DNA of 59,427 nucleotides, filler included. It is 3 parts of 3 records of this genome, joined end to end, with 100 filler letters (N's around TTAATTAATTAA, not from the genome) between each part and the next. Parts side by side here need not be neighbours in the genome. Positions count along the whole stretch, not along the records: positions 1 to 26,401 come from DRR723986_5315; 2 more parts are not named here. The stretch is one strand, 5' to 3'. The notes under the pieces were generated by a model that did not search any database, was not told the DNA's origin, and saw only the letters and a program-made list of their open reading frames with translations. Positions 9,912-19,127 of this stretch are shown one piece after another. Each line of letters opens with the position of its first letter. Position 1 is the stretch's first letter. Made by a program: the position numbers and the translations under genes.

Positions 9912-10979
9912 ATGCAGCTGTTTAGCTTTTTTAAACGAGCATTAACCCCGCGTACCATAACGCTTTCGTTCGTATGGCTTTTCGTTGGGGTTGGGATGAT
10001 GATTTATTATAAGTCCCCTCGCATAATTTCTGGCGATATGGAGTGGACAAGCATGTTTGCCCTCTTCTCACTGGACGCTGTTTTCGGTTATATAATAGCC
10101 ACCATTTTAGTGTTTGGATGCGAGTTTGCCGGGCGTTTTGTTGAAAATGCTGTATCTGAAAAAGTCACCGCACTGCAAATGGCCGTCATTCGTTATATGG
10201 CATGTGCTGCTGTTGGTGTTTTAGGTGTTTTTGTCTCCAGTTATGTTTGGTTTACCCTGCTGTTTGGGTTTCCAACATCAACAAATTTTCTAATTGATCT
10301 TGTTGTGCTTTCCCTAACGATACCGTTGTTCATCAATGGATTGATGGAGACATTTCACTATCACGGTGCCTTGCAAGCTGAACGATTTGAAAAGGAGGCT
10401 GCATCCCGTGAGGCATTGATGGCTGAATTCGAAGCACTTAAAAATCAGGTAAGTCCGCATTTTCTGTTCAATAGCTTTGCAACGCTGTCTCATATCATTC
10501 AAGAAGACCCTGCCCGCGCTTCGTCGTTTCTCGACGATCTGTCTGATGTTTTCAGGTATGTATTACAAAACCGGGACGTGAATACTGTTAGCCTCTCTGA
10601 AGAGTTAACCGCTGTACAAGCGTTACTAAATGTACATCAGGCCCGCGTGCCAGACGGACTAAAAGTGGACATTGATGTATCGAGTAAAGCCAAAACCGAG
10701 CAAATTATACCGATGGCCCTCTATACCCTTGTGGAAAATGCACTGAAGCATAATGTGGTTTCAGCTGAGCAGCCATTACATATAAAAATTCATGTGGACA
10801 AAGAGCGATCATTAATCGTTGAAAACACCTTACAACCGCGAAGAACGCGTCATTCATTAGGGACGGGCTTAAAAAATCTTGATAGGCGCTTTCAGATGAT
10901 GTTCAAGCGCGGCCTTGATGTTGAAAATACGGACGGTAAGTTTATCGTGAAAGCACCACTTGCTGAGGCGCTGTTGTGA
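9912..10979 (+). CDS. LytS/YehU-family membrane sensor histidine kinase
   Basis: Four TM segments; LKNQVSPHFLFNS H-box, VENALKHN N-box, GTGLKNL. Start placed at ATG 9912 after GAAGGG. Confidence 0.9.
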   Translation: MQLFSFFKRALTPRTITLSFVWLFVGVGMMIYYKSPRIISGDMEWTSMFALFSLDAVFGYIIATILVFGCEFAGRFVENAVSEKVTALQMAVIRYMACAAVGVLGVFVSSYVWFTLLFGFPTSTNFLIDLVVLSLTIPLFINGLMETFHYHGALQAERFEKEAASREALMAEFEALKNQVSPHFLFNSFATLSHIIQEDPARASSFLDDLSDVFRYVLQNRDVNTVSLSEELTAVQALLNVHQARVPDGLKVDIDVSSKAKTEQIIPMALYTLVENALKHNVVSAEQPLHIKIHVDKERSLIVENTLQPRRTRHSLGTGLKNLDRRFQMMFKRGLDVENTDGKFIVKAPLAEALL

Positions 10980-11719
10980 ACATTTTAATTGTAGAGGACG
11001 AACCAACCGCGGCAGCACGTCTAAAGTCTTTAATTGAAGACCGTAAGACGGGCGCAAGCGTGACCGCCATTGAAGCTTCAGCTGAAAAAGCGGCAGCACG
11101 AATTATCTCAGAAGTGTTTGACCTGATATTTATGGATATTCAGCTGTCAGATGGCTTGTGTTTTGATATATTTGAGGCGGTAGAGCCCCCCTGCCCGGTT
11201 ATATTTTGCACCGCCTATGATGACTATGCGATTCAGGCTTTTAAGGCCAATGGTATAGAATATTTATTAAAACCAGTGCGCGGTGAAGACATTGATAGAG
11301 CTTTTGAGCGTTATGATGCTTTAAAAGACCAATTTAGAGCGGCTGAACAAGCCTTTGGTACTCAGAAAATTGAATATACTGAAAGCCCAAAGCAAAGGTT
11401 TTTAATTCGTGCCGGCAACCGTCTTTTTAGTATTCAAATTCAAGAAATTGCATGGTTTGAAACACGAGGCCGCGATATTGCACTTCGTACATTTGACGAT
11501 CGAGACCTATACATTGACGATACATTGAATGAGTTAGAACGCAAATTGGACCCAATTTTATTTTTTCGTATCAGTCGACAACGACTTGTTGCTTATGATG
11601 CCATAGAAGACATTCGAATTGATGATGGGCGGTATCATGTAAAGATGAAAGCTGACCCATCCACAGTTGCAGTAAGCCGCGATAGAGTTTCAGACTTTCG
11701 CCTTTGGTTAGACAGATAA
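10976..11719 (+). CDS. LytTR-family response regulator
   Basis: REC domain (EDE, MDIQLSDG, TAYD, LLKP) and LytTR domain (FFRISRQ, VSRDR); overlaps kinase stop. Confidence 0.93.
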   Translation: MNILIVEDEPTAAARLKSLIEDRKTGASVTAIEASAEKAAARIISEVFDLIFMDIQLSDGLCFDIFEAVEPPCPVIFCTAYDDYAIQAFKANGIEYLLKPVRGEDIDRAFERYDALKDQFRAAEQAFGTQKIEYTESPKQRFLIRAGNRLFSIQIQEIAWFETRGRDIALRTFDDRDLYIDDTLNELERKLDPILFFRISRQRLVAYDAIEDIRIDDGRYHVKMKADPSTVAVSRDRVSDFRLWLDR

Positions 11720-11842
11720 TGTGCGCTTGCACATATATGTAAATTTTTTTGCAAACAATTTTACAATTAGCTGCAATGAATTGGTACACTCTTAGTGTTC
11801 AAAGGTTGTTAATTATAACCTAAGATTACTTGAGGCCAATTT

Positions 11843-13912
11843 GTGACAGACTTCCGCTATAAAGCGTTCATTTGCTACAGCCATAAAGACAGCAAGGCTG
11901 CATTTCGTTTGATGCGAAATCTAGAGACTTATCGGGTCCCTTCGCATTTAAGTCGAAACGATAAAAAGAAACCAAAACCTTTAAAGAAATTGGGTAAAAT
12001 ATTTCGTGATCGAGAAGAATTGCCGGCATCTGATTGTTTAGATTCAAAGTTACTTGATGCCATTAAACAATCCGAGTTTCTAATTGTAGTTTGCTCACCT
12101 AATTCGGCTCGTTCACTTCGTGCCAACGAAGAAATTGCGCAGTTCATCGAACATAGGGATAGCAGAAATATTTTATGCTATATTATTGAAGGTGAACCAC
12201 AATTTGGCTCAGCAGTAAGCTCTGGTGACCATGACTGTGTAGCCCCCGCTTTGCGAAAACTCTATTTACAATCTGGTCAAATACCTGTGGCCGCAGATGC
12301 TCGAGGTGGCGGCGATGGACCAATAAGGGCTTTGTTGAAAATAGTTGCCGGTTTGTTACAGGTCGGCCTTGATGAGTTGATACAAAGAGACGCGAAGCGC
12401 CAGCAAAATCGCTTACTGCTGCTAACTGTCACCTCAATTTTATTTGCAATCCTTACCAGTGGTTTATTATTCCGTGCAAATTTAGCCGAAAAGGCCGCCT
12501 TACAGGCGACACAAGAGGCTAAATTGCAGAATGAGCGGGCTGAAGAACTGATACATTTCATGCTTGAGGACTTGGCCGGCATTAAGCTTCAACAGTTAGG
12601 GCGGTTAGATGTTATTGATGCTGTCGTTGAAGAAATAGCGGCTCATTATTCACGACAGGACGACAACAAGCTGGGTTCTCTTGGATTAGCGCGAAAGTCT
12701 CAGGCATACCTGAGACTCGGGCGCGTATATCTAGGTAGGAATATGCACGAACCTGCCAACGAACTTTTTGAGTATGCCCTTCGCACAACAACAGCATTAA
12801 TAAAAAGATATCCTGAATCGCGAGAGGCAACGTTTGCTCATATACGTAGCCTGTATTGGGCAGGGATAAGTAAAATATATACTGGACAATATGCCGCTGC
12901 CGAAGCCGCGTGGCGTGAACGGGTTGGCTTTGGGGAAATTCTACTCAGGGATCAAAATCATTCAAAAATTGTCTGGTCAGACTTAGGCGACATCTATGTT
13001 CATTTAGGCTGGGCATTGATGGAAATGGGCCAATATGAAAAAGCCTATATTGAATTCCAAAAAGGCCTGAAACTTAGGCAAAAGAATGTAGATCGATTTA
13101 AAGACGATATTGGCTGGCTTAATAGTTTGGCTGGTGGCTACTATCATGTTCAATGGGCACAGCTTTATTTGGGCAAAAATGATTTGGCTATTGAAAGTGC
13201 AATTCGCTCGAACGAAACATACAAACTACTAACAGTTGATGATCCAACGGATTTAAGGGCACGTGGTAATTATGCTCGTAGCTTAAGATGGCGAGCTGAA
13301 GCAGAAATTGCCATTCTTAATTATGAAATGGCTGAAAACCACCTAAATGAATCCATAAAAATTCACAGGGAATTACTCGACTTTGAGCCTAACAACACAA
13401 CCTTCCAATATCAGGCCTGCGTTAGTTCAGTCATGCTTCTGGAAGTTTTGCTGCTAACGGACCAAACCAGTTCAGCAAATCAAACGCTTAATGCGATGTG
13501 CAAGGATATATCGCATACATTAGCGCTAGATCATCCTGTGGTGCATAATAGGTTATATGGTTATCGTTACAATCTCGCGCGCAATAAAATAAACTCTGGT
13601 GCCATCTCTAAAGCTAAAGCGTTACAAACGCATAAGGCAATTTCAGATAAATTCCTCAAAGAATCCGATGAAATTCAATCCTCACCACAAGGAAGGTTAA
13701 TATCACTTTCACTGGCAATTAACGCCGTAGAGTTAAGTGATACAAACTTGCTTGTAAAAGCGAAGAAAGATTTGTCCACCCTCCTTACAAAAATAGAAGC
13801 AAGTCCTATAAACCTTCACAGCCACACAGCAAGGTTAATCGAAAGGGCAAAAGCAATAACGACTGTAAAGTCGGCAGATAGTCGCCTTGGCAGATTAAAG
13901 CCAGCGCAATAA
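11843..13912 (+). CDS. TIR domain - transmembrane helix - TPR-like repeat protein
   Basis: AFICYSHKD box 1, IFRDREEL, LIVVCSPNSARSLRANEEI (putative catalytic Glu); TM LLLLTVTSILFAILTSGLLF; helical TPR-like C-terminus. Confidence 0.88.
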   Translation: MTDFRYKAFICYSHKDSKAAFRLMRNLETYRVPSHLSRNDKKKPKPLKKLGKIFRDREELPASDCLDSKLLDAIKQSEFLIVVCSPNSARSLRANEEIAQFIEHRDSRNILCYIIEGEPQFGSAVSSGDHDCVAPALRKLYLQSGQIPVAADARGGGDGPIRALLKIVAGLLQVGLDELIQRDAKRQQNRLLLLTVTSILFAILTSGLLFRANLAEKAALQATQEAKLQNERAEELIHFMLEDLAGIKLQQLGRLDVIDAVVEEIAAHYSRQDDNKLGSLGLARKSQAYLRLGRVYLGRNMHEPANELFEYALRTTTALIKRYPESREATFAHIRSLYWAGISKIYTGQYAAAEAAWRERVGFGEILLRDQNHSKIVWSDLGDIYVHLGWALMEMGQYEKAYIEFQKGLKLRQKNVDRFKDDIGWLNSLAGGYYHVQWAQLYLGKNDLAIESAIRSNETYKLLTVDDPTDLRARGNYARSLRWRAEAEIAILNYEMAENHLNESIKIHRELLDFEPNNTTFQYQACVSSVMLLEVLLLTDQTSSANQTLNAMCKDISHTLALDHPVVHNRLYGYRYNLARNKINSGAISKAKALQTHKAISDKFLKESDEIQSSPQGRLISLSLAINAVELSDTNLLVKAKKDLSTLLTKIEASPINLHSHTARLIERAKAITTVKSADSRLGRLKPAQ

Positions 13913-13933
13913 CTTATAAATATTGGATTTTTG

Positions 13934-15037
13934 ATGGAAACAGCAGAATGTATTGTGATTGGTGCTGGTGTTGTCGGGTTGGCTGTGGCTGCAAAGCTTG
14001 CTCAACTTGGCAAAGAAGTTGTTATCATTGAAGAACAAAATGCTATTGGCACTCAATCATCTGCCAGAAATAGCGAAGTTATTCATGCGGGAATATATTA
14101 CCCACCAAACAGCTTAAAAGCCGCTTTGTGCAGGCCTGGCCGCGATGCTTTATATACATATTGTGATCAAAGAGGCGTTCCATACAAACGGTGCGGAAAA
14201 TTAATTGTTGCAACTGCAGCAGAGCAATTGGCCAGTTTGACTAGTATCTTGAAAACAGGGCAGCAAAATGGTGTCTCCGATTTAGAGTTTTTTGATAAAA
14301 AAACTGTTGGAGAAAAAGCCCCTGCTCTAAATGCCGAGGCTGCTATCTGGTCCCCTTCCACAGGCATAGTTGATAGTCACCAATTGATGTTGGCCTTACT
14401 CGGTGACATTGAACGTGATGGCGGTGTGTTGGCACTAAATTCTAGAGTAACTGACATTAAGGCTAATGATAGAGGCTTTGAAGTTAACTTTATTCATGAC
14501 AGACAAGATAAAATATTTACACCGTATGTAGTGAATTGTGCGGGTCTGGGCGCCATACCGATAGCCAGAAATATGCACGGACTACCCTCATCAACTATTC
14601 CCGATATTGCTTACGCAAAAGGCAGTTATTTTTCTTATTCAGGTAAAGTACCTTTTGATTGCCTTGTTTATCCAATGCCAGCACCTGGCGGACTTGGTAT
14701 TCATTTAACGCTCGACCAAGCTGGACAGGCTCGTTTTGGTCCAGATGTCGAGTGGGTTGAAGAAGTTAATTATGAAGTAGACCCTGCCCTCAGAGGTAAA
14801 TTTGTAGACTCAATTTCAACTTATTGGCCAGGAATAGAATCTGCCAAATTACACGCCTCTTATTCAGGTGTAAGAGTAAAAACATACGCTCAGGGAGAAG
14901 ACTATCATGACTTTATCATTTCTGGTTCAAAGGACCATGGTTTGAAGGGGCTTGTGAATTTGTTTGGTATTGAATCGCCCGGCCTTACGTCGTGTCTTGC
15001 CATAGCAGATTACGTAACCAAACTTCTTAGAGCATAA
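13934..15037 (+). CDS. L-2-hydroxyglutarate oxidase-like FAD-dependent oxidoreductase
   Basis: IGAGVVG, SARNSEVIHAGIYY, GIHLTLD, FGPDVEW, GIESPGLTS. Confidence 0.9.
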   Translation: METAECIVIGAGVVGLAVAAKLAQLGKEVVIIEEQNAIGTQSSARNSEVIHAGIYYPPNSLKAALCRPGRDALYTYCDQRGVPYKRCGKLIVATAAEQLASLTSILKTGQQNGVSDLEFFDKKTVGEKAPALNAEAAIWSPSTGIVDSHQLMLALLGDIERDGGVLALNSRVTDIKANDRGFEVNFIHDRQDKIFTPYVVNCAGLGAIPIARNMHGLPSSTIPDIAYAKGSYFSYSGKVPFDCLVYPMPAPGGLGIHLTLDQAGQARFGPDVEWVEEVNYEVDPALRGKFVDSISTYWPGIESAKLHASYSGVRVKTYAQGEDYHDFIISGSKDHGLKGLVNLFGIESPGLTSCLAIADYVTKLLRA

Positions 15038-15040
15038 GCG

Positions 15041-16306
15041 TTAGTTGCGGTTTAAAACTACATCACCTTGCACGACCAGTGTAACGTTGCGTAGCGCTTT
15101 AATGTCTTCAAACGGGTTACCTTTAACTGCTAACATTTCCGCTAACATGCCTTCTTTTATCCGGCCAATTTTATCCGCCATATGAAGTAACTCGGCGTTG
15201 ATAGACGTTGCACTTCTTAGCACATCTACAGGCTTCATGCCGTATTCTACCATTAACTCCAATTCCCAAGCATTATCGCCATGATCAAATACGCCCACAT
15301 CTGAGCCTGCACACATCGTAACCCCCGCTTTTAATGCAGCGGCAAAGGAAGCTTTTTGGTCAATGATGCGCTGCGGGTTTGCACCTGCTCCTTTTTCCCA
15401 GCCTTGATATTCCGCAATGGCCTCTCCCGCCGCCAAAGTCGGGCACCATGCAACGCCTTTGTCTTTCATCAACTTAAAAACCTCAAGCGTTCCTGAATTG
15501 CCGTGTTCAATGGTTTCTACACCAGCCATTATTGCACGGCGCATAGCTTCAGGTGTTGAGGCATGCGCGACCGTATATCGGCCCGATGAACGGGCGGTTT
15601 CAACAATTGTGCGAATTTCTGCCTCAGAAAAAGTTGGCATGGCTTCGCCATTTGGCCCCCAACGATAATCGGCATAAACCTTGATAAAGTCAGCTCCGTG
15701 GCCTATTTGATCTCGCGTTACTTGGACCAAGTTACTCGCATCGGCCGGTTCTGCCCCTAAAGGTACTGTTACATGTTCACCGAAACTTTTTGGGCCGTAT
15801 GACCCCGTGGCAACAATAGCTTTCCCAGCGACAATTAGACGTGGTCCAGAGATAACCCCTTTTTCTAATGCTTGCTTTACACCTACATCTACATACCCTG
15901 CCCCTTCACTACCAAGGTCGCGAAGCGTTGTGTATCCAGCCCTTAACGTTGCGCGCAAATGATTTCCGGCTCTTAGAGCGCGTTCTGCCCATGATTCTTT
16001 TAATACCTGATCATTCCAATTGGTTTCGTCATAAGGATGAAGAAGCACATGGCTATGCATATCTATTAAGCCAGGCAAGAGTGTTTGTCCCGGCAGCATG
16101 ATGAGTTCGGCGTCAGAGTTGGTTAAGGTTTCTAAGTCATCGATAGCTATAATACGACCATCAGAAATTAGAACTGCTTTGCCGGTGATAAGAGTATCTG
16201 ATGTGCCGTCAAATATGGCATCGGGCATTAAAATAGTGTCTGCCGAAACTGGCTGGGCCAGGAACAAAACCCATAGTAGTAAAGCCGATATGCTGGTAAT
16301 TTTCAT
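15041..16306 (-). CDS. Secreted metal-dependent amidohydrolase (prolidase/Xaa-Pro dipeptidase-like)
   Basis: Signal peptide MKIT...VSA; LPGLIDMHSH, VAHA, TIEHG, AGSDVG. Confidence 0.9.
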   Translation of the reverse strand: MKITSISALLLWVLFLAQPVSADTILMPDAIFDGTSDTLITGKAVLISDGRIIAIDDLETLTNSDAELIMLPGQTLLPGLIDMHSHVLLHPYDETNWNDQVLKESWAERALRAGNHLRATLRAGYTTLRDLGSEGAGYVDVGVKQALEKGVISGPRLIVAGKAIVATGSYGPKSFGEHVTVPLGAEPADASNLVQVTRDQIGHGADFIKVYADYRWGPNGEAMPTFSEAEIRTIVETARSSGRYTVAHASTPEAMRRAIMAGVETIEHGNSGTLEVFKLMKDKGVAWCPTLAAGEAIAEYQGWEKGAGANPQRIIDQKASFAAALKAGVTMCAGSDVGVFDHGDNAWELELMVEYGMKPVDVLRSATSINAELLHMADKIGRIKEGMLAEMLAVKGNPFEDIKALRNVTLVVQGDVVLNRN

Positions 16307-16403
16307 GATGCACCCCTTATTTGCATGTGCATCTACACTATCCGGCAAAGACAATATCAGCAAACAAATGATGTGGGTAATAATGAACTTATAATTTTAT
16401 GCT

Positions 16404-17774
16404 TTAAAGCTGTTTCCTCAGCTCTATCAGGCGTGCTTCATATGCTTTTGCATAGGGCGCCAGTCGGTATGCTTTATCATAGGCAGCAATAGCAGACGGT
16501 AAATCGCCTGTCAGCAGCACCGCCTCAGCAAGTAGAGAAAGGGCATAATGATCACCCGGCGCTTGTTGCAATGCGGTTTCTAATAATGGAATTGCAGACT
16601 GTGCGTCTGACGCGCCAAACAACAAAGAAGCAGCTTTGTCGACTAACGAAAAGTGATTTTGTGCAGTGTCTTGTACATCCGTGATTTCATCAATGCGTAC
16701 AATAAGATCAGCTATTTGCTCTGCAATTTCAGGCGTGTCCTTCCAGCGAGCTGCCAGTGCTTTCGCGGAAGCAATAGCCGCGGGTGAGTTTTTATCGCCA
16801 TCAAGTAATGATGTAAGTTCGTTGGCAGCGACGGTTGCAGCACTTGGGTTGGAAAGCTGCATAAAATAACGCGCTCGCCAATAGCTAACAGTTTCATCAG
16901 GGGCGTTTGTAGCAGTAATAGATGATACTTGCAGACGGTTAAGCATGTCACCAAATAGCGGAAATAATCCAGCGCTGCCGTTATCAACAGGGTGCATACC
17001 AGACCAAATTATTTCATCGTTTTTCGGATTAGATAGACTGAAGGACACAACATCTGTGTCAGAATCCTTAATCAATATACCTTTTAGCGAATAAACAGGC
17101 GTCGAAGGCCCGTAACGAGTGAATATTCCCCCCGTCGGGTCAGGTGCATCCAAATTCCACCAATGGCGTATCACGAGAATATCTGAAACCTGTGATAGGT
17201 AATAAGACGACATTTCACTGAGAGCTATGGCTAGAGGTATTTTATCTTTTTTTTCGTCCGAAACACGAACATCGTTAATCGTGATGATAACACTGGGCTT
17301 TTCACTGTTGGCGAATTGAATACGATCAACAGGTGCGTCTGCAGATTTTCCGATCCAAAAATAAGCTGCAGTCAAGATAAGAATTAATAATGCACTGATT
17401 TTAAAGAGGCCGAGCGTAGGAGAAGCCTTTTGGTTTTCATTTCTTGCGTCGGCTTCGTCTAATAGTTGGTAGCCTTGACGCGGAACAGTTGCCAGCATGG
17501 TAGGGTTATTAATATCATCCCCAAGTGCTTTTCTGAGTTTTGAGATAGCAACCGGAATTGTCTGCTCACTAAGCTCTCTTCCCTCCCACACAGAATCAAT
17601 AAGTTGGTTTTTGGAAACAATTTGACCACGCTTATCGCATAGTGTTTCCAATAAAAGCGCAATCTTGTCCTCAAGTCTTACGGTATGGCCATCAGTGTGA
17701 AGAAGTTCATTACCCATAGGCGCAAATGTCCAGGGTCCAATTTTTGATGGCTTTTTCTTCACATGTGCTGACAT
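16404..17774 (-). CDS. CadC/ToxR-like one-component regulator: winged-helix - TM - periplasmic domain with TPR
   Basis: OmpR-type wHTH (SKNQLIDSVWEG...ISKLRKALGD...TVPRQGY), single TM, C-terminal TPR (LETALQQAPGD...AYRLAP). Confidence 0.87.
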   Translation of the reverse strand: MSAHVKKKPSKIGPWTFAPMGNELLHTDGHTVRLEDKIALLLETLCDKRGQIVSKNQLIDSVWEGRELSEQTIPVAISKLRKALGDDINNPTMLATVPRQGYQLLDEADARNENQKASPTLGLFKISALLILILTAAYFWIGKSADAPVDRIQFANSEKPSVIITINDVRVSDEKKDKIPLAIALSEMSSYYLSQVSDILVIRHWWNLDAPDPTGGIFTRYGPSTPVYSLKGILIKDSDTDVVSFSLSNPKNDEIIWSGMHPVDNGSAGLFPLFGDMLNRLQVSSITATNAPDETVSYWRARYFMQLSNPSAATVAANELTSLLDGDKNSPAAIASAKALAARWKDTPEIAEQIADLIVRIDEITDVQDTAQNHFSLVDKAASLLFGASDAQSAIPLLETALQQAPGDHYALSLLAEAVLLTGDLPSAIAAYDKAYRLAPYAKAYEARLIELRKQL

Positions 17775-17883
17775 CGGTACCAAGCCTAATAAGTTAACTG
17801 AGTAAAATTATGATGTAAGCATACAGTTTTATCATTAGCAAAAACCAGCCTTGAGAAACATTTCCGCGCATTCAACGACACAT

Positions 17884-17908
17884 TTAAGGTTTCTTAAGGA
17901 ACCTTAAG
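17884..17908. promoter_or_regulatory. Operator: three TTAAG half-sites at 10-bp period, also palindromic
   Basis: TTAAGgtttcTTAAGgaaccTTAAG; TTAAGGTT (17884-91) is the reverse complement of AACCTTAA (17900-07); lies between divergent genes. Confidence 0.7.
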
Positions 17909-17959
17909 CGGCCGATTGCAATAGCTTTTTCATGCAAATTACGGCGAGGAGACAAAGTA

Positions 17960-19066
17960 ATGCTCAAAATAATTAAATCATTTGGCGTTGGTGCTGCATT
18001 GTTGGTGGCATTGCCGTTATCAGTTACAACAGCACAAGATATTGATCCCGAAAAGTGGGAGCTCTCTGAAGATGGCGCTAAATTTGTCAATTACTTAGGT
18101 AGGCAAAGCATTGAGTTAAATGGTGGTGGATCAAGACTTAAAGACACGCAATTCCAGAACGGTACAATAAGTTTTGATATAGCCATGCAAGACAAGCGTG
18201 GTTTTGCCGGTGTGTATTTTCGGTGGAACGATAATAACGCAGAGTATTTTTATCTACGATCACACATGTCTGGAAATCCAGACGCCAATCAATATACACC
18301 GCGATTCAACGGTTTATCTGGCTGGCAATTATACCATAGCCCTAGGTTTAGTGCCCCTACCATTTACAAATTTGATCAATGGATAAATGTTAAACTGGTT
18401 ATTAAAGACCAAAAAATGGATGTGTACATCGATAGCGACGAACCTGTTCTTCATGTCGAAAACCTTATGGGCCCCACTGCCCCCGGCAGCATTCGTCTTG
18501 GGGGTGGTTTTCAGGAGTTTCGTTTTAGCAATTTTCATGTTGTAGCTGACAACAATGTACAAACGCTTGGTACTCCTGCCCCTAAAGCTGAACTTCCCAA
18601 CACGCTAATAAAGACTTTTAGTGTTGCAAGCACGCCGGTTTTAGGCGCCGCAGTAGAAGGGAAAGCAGAACTTGACCCTAATCTGCTTGAAGGGCAGGTT
18701 TGGCAAAACCTTGAAATTGACGAGGCCGGCGTTGGAAACTTAGCGAAAGTGTCAGGCAGAACACCCGAGGTAAACACCCTTTTGGTTCGTAAAACTTTGA
18801 CAGCAGACCAAGCCAAGACAATTCGTTTCCAGTACGGATTTAGTGACCGAGTAACTGTTTTCTTAAATGGCAAAGCAATAGCATACGGCGATGACCGCTA
18901 TTTAAGCCGCGACTATCGGCATTTGGGGACAATAGGTCTATACGACAGTGTTTTCTTGCCGCTTATGAAGGGCAAAAACGAATTGATATTTGCTGTTACT
19001 GAAGGCTTTGGCGGTTGGGGCATTAAAGCCGCAATGGAACCTGTTACTGGTGTACAAGTTAATTAG
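17960..19066 (+). CDS. Secreted protein with DUF1080-like beta-sandwich domain plus C-terminal beta-sandwich, function unknown
   Basis: Signal peptide, AGGA RBS; FQNGTISFD...WINVKLVI...GSIRL...RFSNF; C-terminal FSDRVTVFLNG...KGKNELIF...GGWG. Confidence 0.65.
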   Translation: MLKIIKSFGVGAALLVALPLSVTTAQDIDPEKWELSEDGAKFVNYLGRQSIELNGGGSRLKDTQFQNGTISFDIAMQDKRGFAGVYFRWNDNNAEYFYLRSHMSGNPDANQYTPRFNGLSGWQLYHSPRFSAPTIYKFDQWINVKLVIKDQKMDVYIDSDEPVLHVENLMGPTAPGSIRLGGGFQEFRFSNFHVVADNNVQTLGTPAPKAELPNTLIKTFSVASTPVLGAAVEGKAELDPNLLEGQVWQNLEIDEAGVGNLAKVSGRTPEVNTLLVRKTLTADQAKTIRFQYGFSDRVTVFLNGKAIAYGDDRYLSRDYRHLGTIGLYDSVFLPLMKGKNELIFAVTEGFGGWGIKAAMEPVTGVQVN

Positions 19067-19090
19067 CTCTGCTTGGTCACCACTGCAGGG

Positions 19091-19125
19091 AAACCGGGCA
19101 GATTTGACCCCTGCCCGGTTTTTTT
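19091..19125. terminator. Rho-independent terminator between convergent genes
   Basis: AAACCGGGCAG-N9-CTGCCCGGTTT 11-bp stem followed by T-run. Confidence 0.85.
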
Positions 19126-19127
19126 AA

